Source: an uncultured Erysipelotrichaceae bacterium
Lineage (GTDB): Bacteria; Bacillota_I; Bacilli_A; Erysipelotrichales; Erysipelotrichaceae
NCBI GenBank assembly: GCA_964386325.1
Contig: CAYLQY010000015.1
Coordinates: 3,361 to 67,360, forward strand
Length of the DNA stretch: 64,000 nt
Direction of reading: 5' to 3'
The notes beneath the pieces were generated by a model. That model saw only the letters and a program-made list of their open reading frames with translations. It did no database searches and was not told the origin of the DNA. Below, piece by piece: positions 56,743 through 64,000 of this stretch. Position numbers and translations under genes: made by a program. Positions within the stretch are counted from its first letter, which is position 1. Each line of letters starts with the position of its first letter.

Positions 56743-58938
56743 ATGTTTAAATTATTATTAAAATATTGTAAACCTTACATTTTATCAATACTTTGCATAC
56801 TTGCATTGGTATTTGGACAAGTTCAAGCAGAATTAGCTCTGCCAGATTACATGTCTAAAATCGTTACCGACGGTATACAATTTGGCGGTATTGTAAGTAG
56901 TGCACCTGATATTATGAGTGAAGACACCATGAATAAAGTTCTTCTTCTATCAAATGGAGAAGATAAGTCAATTATTCAATCTTCTTACACTCTTGTATCT
57001 AAAAGTGATGAATCAGTACTCAAAGACTATCCATCCATTAATGTCGATCGTTTCTATATATTAAATAAGAGTGATCGATCAAAAGTAGAAAAAGTCATTG
57101 CAAAGCCTTTACTTCTTATTCGTACATTATCAAGTGAAGAGGCTATTAAGCAAATGAATTTACCTGAAGGCGTAGACATCTGGCAAGCAATACAAGCAAA
57201 CCCAGAAATGCTTGTGACAATGGAATCTAAAATTGATAAAGAACTTGCAAGCTATTCTGAAGAGAACCTTCAAAGTGCTGCAAAGGTAATGATTAAAGAA
57301 GAGTATAAAGCATTAGGAATTAACACAGAATCAATTCAATCTAACTATATCTTTAAAGAAGGATTGATCATGTTACTGATTGCTTTAATTGGCGCAGTCT
57401 TCGCAATTGCCGGTGCTTTCTTATCTAGTAAGACAGCCGCAAAAGTTGCACGAGATACTCGTAAAGATGTCTTCACAAAAGTTGAATCATTCTCTAGCAA
57501 TGAGTTTGGTAAATTCTCAACTTCATCATTAATTACTCGTACAACAAATGATATTCAACAAATTCAACAAGTATTTACGATGATGCTTCGTATTGTACTA
57601 TATGCGCCTATTATGGGAATTGGAGCTTTACTCAAAGTTGTTCAATATCCTAGTATGCTTTGGATTTTAGGACTCGTAATCGGAATTATCATGGTTGTGT
57701 TAATCACAACATTTACAATTACTCTACCTAAATTTAAAGTCATCCAAAAATTGGTAGACCGCTTAAATCTAGTTATGCGTGAATTCTTAGATGGTATGTT
57801 AGTAATTCGTGCTTTCAACACACAAAAACATGAAGAAAAGCGTTTTGAAAAAGCCAACACTGATATCACAAAAGTAAATCTATTTGTTAACCGTACAATG
57901 GCAAGTGTAATGCCAGTAATGAACTTTATTATGAGTTCAGTCATGGTCTTAATCGTTTGGGTTGCCGCAAAACAAATTGATATTGGAACTATGGACATTG
58001 GTTCAATGATGGCCTTCCTACAATACACTATGCAAGTATTGATGAGTTTCATTATGGTATCTATGATTGCTATCATGTTACCTCGTTCATCAGTATCAGC
58101 AGTTCGTATTCTTGAAGTATTGAATACTAAACCATCCATACACGATCCAAAAGATCCAAAACCAGTTCCATCTACAAATGAAGAAATTCGTTTCAATCAT
58201 GTTTTCTTCAAATATCCGCGTGCAGAAGAATACGTATTAAAAGATATTAGCTTTTCTGCAAACCCTGGTGAAACAGTAGCCTTCATTGGAAGTACTGGTT
58301 CTGGTAAATCAACATTAATTAATTTACTTCCTCGTTTCTTTGATGTAACTGAAGGAGAAATTACTTATGGTGGTATAAACATTAAAGACTTCAAACAACA
58401 CGACTTACGCGATCGCATTGGATACGTTCCTCAAAAAGGCGTCTTATTCTCAGGAGATATCGAATCAAATTTAAGATACGCTGATGAAAATGCTAGCGAG
58501 GAAATGATTCAAACAGCGATTGATATTTCACAATCAAAAGAATTTATTGATAGTAAACCAGAAGGTATTCAAACACCAATTTCACAAGGTGGAACAAATG
58601 TTTCTGGTGGTCAAAAACAACGTTTATCTATCGCACGTGCTATTACAAAGAATCCAAGTATTTATGTATTTGATGATTCATTCTCAGCACTTGACTATAA
58701 AACAGATTCAAATCTACGTGCTGCATTAGGACACTTTACTGCAAAGACAAAGAGTACTGTCTTCATTGTTGCACAACGTATTAGTACAATTCTTAATGCC
58801 AATAAAATCATTGTTTTAGATCAAGGACAAGTAGTTGGTATTGGTACACATGGTGAATTATTAAAAACATGTGACGTTTATAAAGAAATTGCATATTCTC
58901 AATTAAGTAAGGAGGAACTAGAACATGGCAGACAATAA
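56743..58938 (+). CDS. ABC exporter half-transporter (TMD-NBD) with a large extracytoplasmic insertion after TM1
   Basis: 731 aa. TM1, then a hydrophilic segment of about 170 aa, then 5 TM segments, then an NBD (GSTGSGKST, VSGGQKQR, VFDDSFSALD). Confidence 0.85.
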   Translation: MFKLLLKYCKPYILSILCILALVFGQVQAELALPDYMSKIVTDGIQFGGIVSSAPDIMSEDTMNKVLLLSNGEDKSIIQSSYTLVSKSDESVLKDYPSINVDRFYILNKSDRSKVEKVIAKPLLLIRTLSSEEAIKQMNLPEGVDIWQAIQANPEMLVTMESKIDKELASYSEENLQSAAKVMIKEEYKALGINTESIQSNYIFKEGLIMLLIALIGAVFAIAGAFLSSKTAAKVARDTRKDVFTKVESFSSNEFGKFSTSSLITRTTNDIQQIQQVFTMMLRIVLYAPIMGIGALLKVVQYPSMLWILGLVIGIIMVVLITTFTITLPKFKVIQKLVDRLNLVMREFLDGMLVIRAFNTQKHEEKRFEKANTDITKVNLFVNRTMASVMPVMNFIMSSVMVLIVWVAAKQIDIGTMDIGSMMAFLQYTMQVLMSFIMVSMIAIMLPRSSVSAVRILEVLNTKPSIHDPKDPKPVPSTNEEIRFNHVFFKYPRAEEYVLKDISFSANPGETVAFIGSTGSGKSTLINLLPRFFDVTEGEITYGGINIKDFKQHDLRDRIGYVPQKGVLFSGDIESNLRYADENASEEMIQTAIDISQSKEFIDSKPEGIQTPISQGGTNVSGGQKQRLSIARAITKNPSIYVFDDSFSALDYKTDSNLRAALGHFTAKTKSTVFIVAQRISTILNANKIIVLDQGQVVGIGTHGELLKTCDVYKEIAYSQLSKEELEHGRQ

Positions 58939-60808
58939 AACAGCTGTTCCTCAAAGAAAAGGTCCAATGGGAGGTCCAGGCGGTGGTCCTGGTGCAATGA
59001 TGGGTAGTGGTGAAAAAGCCAAAGACTTTAATAAAACAATGTCTACATTTATTCGCTACTTAAAACCATTCTATGTACCTATCTTCGCCGTCCTATTCTT
59101 CGCAATTGGTAGTACAGTATTCACAATTCTCGGACCTAAAATATTAGGTAACGCTACAAATGAACTAGCAACTGGACTTATGAGTAAGTTTTCTGGTGGA
59201 GCTGGTATCAATTACGGAGCTATCGGAAAAATACTATTATTCTTATTAGGAATTTATGTGTTAAGCGCATTATTATCTTATGCACAACATTGGATTATGT
59301 CCGGCATTACTCAAAAAGTATCTTTCAATCTTCGTAAAGAATTATCTGAAAAGATTGATCGCATGCCACTTAAATATTTTGATACAAAAACACATGGTGA
59401 AATTTTATCCCGTGTCACAAATGATATCGATACAATCTCACAAAGCTTAAATCAATCTCTTCAACAAGTATTAACGTCTATGGTAACAATTGTAGGTATC
59501 TTAGTCATGATGCTTACAATCAGTTGGGAAATGACTCTCATGGCATTAGTTGTTATTCCATTATCTGGTATAGCTGTAAGTGCCGTTGTTAAACGTTCTC
59601 AAAAATTCTTCAAAGCACAACAAACGATTCTTGGAAACGTTAATGGACACGTTGAAGAAATGTATGCTGGACACTTAGTTATGAAAGCATTCAATGGTGA
59701 AGAACGTTCAATTAATGAATTTACTGTCCTTAACAATAATCTCTTCAATGCTGGATGGAAGGCTCAATTCTTCTCTGGATTAATGATGCCAATCACAGGC
59801 TTTATTGGAAACTTAGGTTATGTTGGTGTTTGTATTCTTGGTGGTTTCCTTGCAGTTAATGGACGTGTTGATATTGGTAACATTCAAGCGTTTATTCAAT
59901 ATGTAAGAAGCTTCAACCAACCAATTACTCAAACCGCTCAAATCATGAACGTATTACAATCTACTGCCGCTGCAGCAGAACGTGTATTTGAATTCTTAGA
60001 TGAAAGTGAAGAAATAGAAGAAACAAAAAATCCAATTTCAATCTATGATGAAAATGGAAATCTTAAAATCAAAGGTGAAGTATCTTTCGAAAATGTTCAC
60101 TTTGGATACAACCCTGATAAAATTATTATCAATGACTTCAGCGCCTTTGTTGGAGCTGGCAAACAAGTAGCTATCGTTGGACCAACAGGTGCAGGTAAAA
60201 CAACAATTGTAAAACTATTAATGCGATTCTACGAATTGAATAGCGGAACAATTTATGTCGATGGTCACGATATCAAAGAATACTCACGAAATGATTTAAG
60301 AAGTTTATTTGGAATGGTTCTTCAAGATGCATGGTTATACAATGGTACAATCATGGAGAATATTCGTTATGGTAATCTACATGCAAGTGACGAAGATGTT
60401 ATCAAAGCTGCTGATGCCGCTTATGTTGATCACTTCATTCGTACACTTGAAGATGGATACAACACTGAAATCAATGAAGAGTCTACAAATATTTCTCAAG
60501 GTCAAAAACAATTATTAACAATCGCTCGTGCTTTCCTAAAGGATCCTAAGATACTCATCCTTGATGAAGCAACTTCATCGGTTGATACTCGTACTGAATT
60601 ATTAATTCAAAAAGGTATGGAAAACTTGATGAAAGGTCGTACATCCTTCGTTATCGCTCACCGTTTATCTACAATTCGTAACGCAGATTTAATCTTAGTT
60701 ATGAAAGATGGCGATATCGTTGAAGTTGGTAAACATGAAGAACTCCTTGAAAAAGGTGGTTTCTATGCACAACTTTACAATTCACAATTTGACGAAGGCG
60801 AAGAATAA
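58925..60808 (+). CDS. ABC exporter half-transporter (TMD-NBD), partner subunit
   Basis: 627 aa. Gly-rich N-terminus, 6 TM segments, NBD (GPTGAGKTT, ISQGQKQL, ILDEATSSVD). Overlaps the upstream gene by 14 nt. Confidence 0.85.
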   Translation: MADNKTAVPQRKGPMGGPGGGPGAMMGSGEKAKDFNKTMSTFIRYLKPFYVPIFAVLFFAIGSTVFTILGPKILGNATNELATGLMSKFSGGAGINYGAIGKILLFLLGIYVLSALLSYAQHWIMSGITQKVSFNLRKELSEKIDRMPLKYFDTKTHGEILSRVTNDIDTISQSLNQSLQQVLTSMVTIVGILVMMLTISWEMTLMALVVIPLSGIAVSAVVKRSQKFFKAQQTILGNVNGHVEEMYAGHLVMKAFNGEERSINEFTVLNNNLFNAGWKAQFFSGLMMPITGFIGNLGYVGVCILGGFLAVNGRVDIGNIQAFIQYVRSFNQPITQTAQIMNVLQSTAAAAERVFEFLDESEEIEETKNPISIYDENGNLKIKGEVSFENVHFGYNPDKIIINDFSAFVGAGKQVAIVGPTGAGKTTIVKLLMRFYELNSGTIYVDGHDIKEYSRNDLRSLFGMVLQDAWLYNGTIMENIRYGNLHASDEDVIKAADAAYVDHFIRTLEDGYNTEINEESTNISQGQKQLLTIARAFLKDPKILILDEATSSVDTRTELLIQKGMENLMKGRTSFVIAHRLSTIRNADLILVMKDGDIVEVGKHEELLEKGGFYAQLYNSQFDEGEE

Positions 60809-60811
60809 ATG

Positions 60812-60845
60812 AAAAGCAGTTCACATCACGTGGACTGCTTTATTA
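60812..60845. terminator. Convergent terminator hairpin 1 (ABC exporter / PTS EIIC)
   Basis: AAAGCAGT-tCACatcacGTGg-ACTGCTTT. On the minus strand it is followed by TTTTCATTT. Confidence 0.65.
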
Positions 60846-60849
60846 AATT

Positions 60850-60874
60850 GAGAAGAGAGATTCTTCTCTTTTTT
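60850..60874 (+). terminator. Terminator hairpin 2
   Basis: GAGAAGA-gagat-TCTTCTC followed by T6. Overlaps the EIIC stop codon on the other strand. Confidence 0.6.
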
Positions 60875-61934
60875 ATCCATTTTCACTCATTGTTTCTTCT
60901 TGTGGAACATCTTTCTTCAAAATTCGAATCATAACCGCAGTAACTATTGCACCTGCAAGAATTGCGATAACAAAGGTTGGCTTTTGTCCTACTACTGGTA
61001 AGACAATAAATCCACCATGTGGTACAGGACATGTAACATTACCAAACGCCGCGATTAGTGCCCCTACTATATTGCCACAAATAGTTGCTGGATAGATAAC
61101 TTTTGGATCTTTAATTGCATACGGGATAGCTCCTTCAGTAATACCTAAGCATCCCATAATTCCTACTGCTGTTGCATTTTCTCTTTCTTCAGCTGTGAAT
61201 TTCTTTTTCGCGATAACTGTTGCAAGGAAAATTCCAATTGGTGCAACTGCAACTAAAACACGGAAGATACCATTTGGTCCCATAACACCTTCATTGATTA
61301 ATGCTAATGTAAACATACTCACTGCTTTTGTCACTGGTCCACCAAAATCTATTTCAGCAAATACCCCCATGAATAATGCGAGTCCAATAACACTTGTATC
61401 ATTCAAATTAGACATGAAGTTTGTTAAAGCCATCATTAAATAACTGATTGGTGTCGCAACGATGAAATAATAACCAAATCCTAAGATTAGAACACTAAAC
61501 ACTGGTATTACAAGAATTGGCATGATAGCACGGAGTGTTTTACCAACCTTCCATCCCTTCATCCATTTCGCCATATACCCAGCCGCTAGGCCTAAAACTA
61601 ATGCTCCTAAAAATCCTGATTTACAATCCATGCCATTAATTGAAATTGTAGAATTGGCAATATATCCAAGTATAAATCCTGGTGTTAATCCCGGTTTCCC
61701 TGCAACTGAATATGCGATATAAGCAGAGAATACTGGAATCATTAATGTCATACCAGCTTTACCTAATTGATTTAAGTAACTCATAATAGGACCATTAGGT
61801 ACAAGTCCTGTTGCTGTTTGCTCAGCACCCAACAATGATATAGCGAGAATTACTCCACCAGCCACTACAATTGGCATCATGAAAGAAACACCGCTCAATA
61901 AGTGTTTTTGAATATCTTTAAATATTTTTTTCAT
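60873..61934 (-). CDS. PTS fructose-family EIIC component
   Basis: 353 aa polytopic protein, fructose/mannitol-family EIIC-like sequence (HLLSGVSFMMPIVVAGG). Confidence 0.8.
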   Translation of the reverse strand: MKKIFKDIQKHLLSGVSFMMPIVVAGGVILAISLLGAEQTATGLVPNGPIMSYLNQLGKAGMTLMIPVFSAYIAYSVAGKPGLTPGFILGYIANSTISINGMDCKSGFLGALVLGLAAGYMAKWMKGWKVGKTLRAIMPILVIPVFSVLILGFGYYFIVATPISYLMMALTNFMSNLNDTSVIGLALFMGVFAEIDFGGPVTKAVSMFTLALINEGVMGPNGIFRVLVAVAPIGIFLATVIAKKKFTAEERENATAVGIMGCLGITEGAIPYAIKDPKVIYPATICGNIVGALIAAFGNVTCPVPHGGFIVLPVVGQKPTFVIAILAGAIVTAVMIRILKKDVPQEETMSENG

Positions 61935-61935
61935 A

Positions 61936-62250
61936 TTATTCCCCTTTTGCTAATGCAACTGCACGATTAACTAAATCTTCAACATGAGAAATTGCTTCAT
62001 CAACATCTGTGTGAATTGTTGGTTTATCATCAAATCTTTCTTCACCTTCAATAACTACACTTACTGCTAATATGACAACATCTGCAGATTTAACATCCTC
62101 TTCTGTTAATTCATTTTCAATACCCAATCCACCTTGAGTTTCTATTTTAACTTCATACCCTCTTTTTAAACATTCCTTTTCTAAACATTCTTGCGCCATA
62201 TATGTATGCGCAATCCCCGTAGGGCATGCTGTTATTCCTATAATTTTCAT
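61936..62250 (-). CDS. PTS fructose-family EIIB component
   Basis: 104 aa. Active-site Cys in MKIIGITACPTGIAHTYMA. Confidence 0.85.
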   Translation of the reverse strand: MKIIGITACPTGIAHTYMAQECLEKECLKRGYEVKIETQGGLGIENELTEEDVKSADVVILAVSVVIEGEERFDDKPTIHTDVDEAISHVEDLVNRAVALAKGE

Positions 62251-62267
62251 ATTTTTTCTCCTTACAA

Positions 62268-62729
62268 TTAATTATTTGAAACTACTTTTTCATTGATATC
62301 TTGAAGCATTTCATAGACTTCATTTTTATTATTTGCTTTACGTAGATTTTCTCTGAAGTCATCATCCATTAACTTCTTACTTATTTCCGCAAGAAAGCGA
62401 AGATGAAGATTATTCTCATTTGCTTCTGGAACACCAATCATAAAAATTAAATCAACTTCATTTTCATTTCGGTCATCCCATATAAATTCATTTTTATTAC
62501 GAAGGAAAACAACAAACGGGTTACTTACTGCTTTGCTTCTCCCATGAGGAATCGCCACTTTAAATCCTACCGAGGTTGGCATCATTTCTTCCCGTGCCAT
62601 TACTTCCGCTTTATATACTTCCTCATCTTGTAAGTATCCCAAATCATTTGCTTTTTGAATCATCACTGCTAGTGCTTGTTCACGATTTATGATAACTTCT
62701 TCTAGCAAAATTAAATCTTTATTAATCAT
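62268..62729 (-). CDS. PTS EIIA component (fructose/mannitol type)
   Basis: 153 aa from the ATG at 62729 (GAAGGAGAA RBS). Phosphorylation-site His in VAIPHGRS. Confidence 0.8.
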   Translation of the reverse strand: MINKDLILLEEVIINREQALAVMIQKANDLGYLQDEEVYKAEVMAREEMMPTSVGFKVAIPHGRSKAVSNPFVVFLRNKNEFIWDDRNENEVDLIFMIGVPEANENNLHLRFLAEISKKLMDDDFRENLRKANNKNEVYEMLQDINEKVVSNN

Positions 62730-64000
62730 TTTGTTCTCCTTCAAATATTATTTTCTCAAGTTCTTTTTTATTTGATGCTACGATAAGTTCTTCCACTTTT
62801 TCCTTACTTTGAATGAATGAAAAAGCAGTTTCCAAAATCTTCTTTGAATTCTTCATATCTTTTTCACTTAGCGAAAACATGATTACTACATGAACTTTAT
62901 ATTTAGACCATTTAACTGGTTCAATATTTACCCACATAGCTAACTGTGTTCTATTAACCAGCGTAACTGCTCCATGAGGAATTGCACCTCCTGAAATTAT
63001 ATCCGTTCCGCCTTTAGCTTCTCTTTCAAAAACACTACTTTCAAATTCTTTAGAAACCATTCCATCTTTATACAAACGAGCACATATTTTTTTGATGATA
63101 TCTTCTTTACTGATTTTTCCTTTGTGATAGAAAATGTACTCTGGTCTAAGATATTCTTTAAGTATTGTTTTATCATATTTGGTTTCTAGCTTTGGCATCA
63201 CTAATTTATTTCGATATACCCGTTCAATATCTGCCAAATCATTTTCATTCATTATTGAAGAAACAACAATGACAGGTATGGTTATATCTTTGAGCGGAAT
63301 CGTTGATACTATGAAATCTATACTCCCTAAGTCAAACTTTTCGATAACATCCATTGATGCAACTTCAATGATATCTAATGGTGGTAATATTCTTCTAATC
63401 TGATTGGCAATCATGGATGAAGTTGTTATTCCATTAGGACATATTACAAGTATTCTTTTACTACTCTTTTTCTTCTCTAAAGCATTCTGAAAATGTAGCA
63501 TTAAAAATCCTACTTCATCATCTGTTAGATTTATATTCATTTTTTCTTTTAGGGAACTCATGCATAACCATGTTAAGTCAAACATAATTCGATATTGTTT
63601 CTTAATTTCTTCTAACATTGGATTTGTTATAACCATGTTATTTTGTAGCCGATAAATCATCGGAACAATATGCATTCCTAAATTCTGATACAATACATCA
63701 TCATCGGATAAATACACACCTGTACACTGTTCCATACGATGAACGATTTCTTTAATAGTTTCTTCAAAATCTTTTCCATATTCAACTTTCATTGCACTAA
63801 ATATTATTTTATTTGCATTTAAATAGGATAATAAGAATCGAATATCTTTCTCATCATAATTAATATTCAATGGAATGGTAATCAAGGTCAATATATCTTT
63901 GGCAATCATATAATACATTAATGACATGATTTGATCTGATTCAAAAGCTTTATATTCTACTTCATGATGATAGTTTAATTGCATTCGATAACACATGACC
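62722..64000 (-). CDS. PRD-domain transcriptional regulator (MtlR/LicR-like) with EIIB-like and EIIA-like domains; N-terminus lies beyond the window
   Basis: PRD-like helices, an EIIB-like ILVICPNGITTSSM segment and a C-terminal EIIA-like GGAIPHG. The ORF is open to the window edge. Confidence 0.7.
   Translation of the reverse strand, partial: VMCYRMQLNYHHEVEYKAFESDQIMSLMYYMIAKDILTLITIPLNINYDEKDIRFLLSYLNANKIIFSAMKVEYGKDFEETIKEIVHRMEQCTGVYLSDDDVLYQNLGMHIVPMIYRLQNNMVITNPMLEEIKKQYRIMFDLTWLCMSSLKEKMNINLTDDEVGFLMLHFQNALEKKKSSKRILVICPNGITTSSMIANQIRRILPPLDIIEVASMDVIEKFDLGSIDFIVSTIPLKDITIPVIVVSSIMNENDLADIERVYRNKLVMPKLETKYDKTILKEYLRPEYIFYHKGKISKEDIIKKICARLYKDGMVSKEFESSVFEREAKGGTDIISGGAIPHGAVTLVNRTQLAMWVNIEPVKWSKYKVHVVIMFSLSEKDMKNSKKILETAFSFIQSKEKVEELIVASNKKELEKIIFEGEQND

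Overview
Low-GC (about one third G+C by eye) Bacillota-type chromosome segment. Almost every gene is on the minus strand. The backbone is the complete S10-spc-alpha ribosomal protein cluster (rpsJ to rplQ, 2308-15864) and the str operon (rpsL-rpsG-fusA-tuf, 40041-44306). In this window the two clusters are not adjacent. About 24 kb lies between them: a DUF1848 gene, a 2241-aa surface protein, an HD-GYP phosphodiesterase, a 1388-aa vWA surface protein with a near-identical 480-bp tandem repeat, a LacI-controlled CUT2 sugar ABC transporter with an oxidoreductase/TIM-barrel pair, an esterase, a HAD hydrolase and a MarR-MATE pair. Directly upstream of rpsL sits a third giant surface protein, a 1591-aa GLUG/Big_2 lipoprotein. 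Its roughly 145-nt leader looks like a divergent GEMM-I (c-di-GMP-I) riboswitch followed by a terminator hairpin. The rest of the window holds feoAB, a stand-alone LytTR regulator with a DUF3021 membrane partner, an ABC-F ATPase with a possible leader-peptide attenuator, DUF975, a TetR/micro-ORF/short pyrophosphatase-like operon divergent from a heterodimeric ABC exporter, and a fructose-family PTS with a PRD regulator that is cut by the window end. I saw no rRNA, tRNA, CRISPR array, IS element or prophage. The most interesting signal is a possible c-di-GMP-linked adhesin set: an HD-GYP gene nested between two giant adhesins, and a GEMM-I-like leader on a third. This is inference from sequence reading and remembered family signatures. 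No database or covariance-model search could be run.
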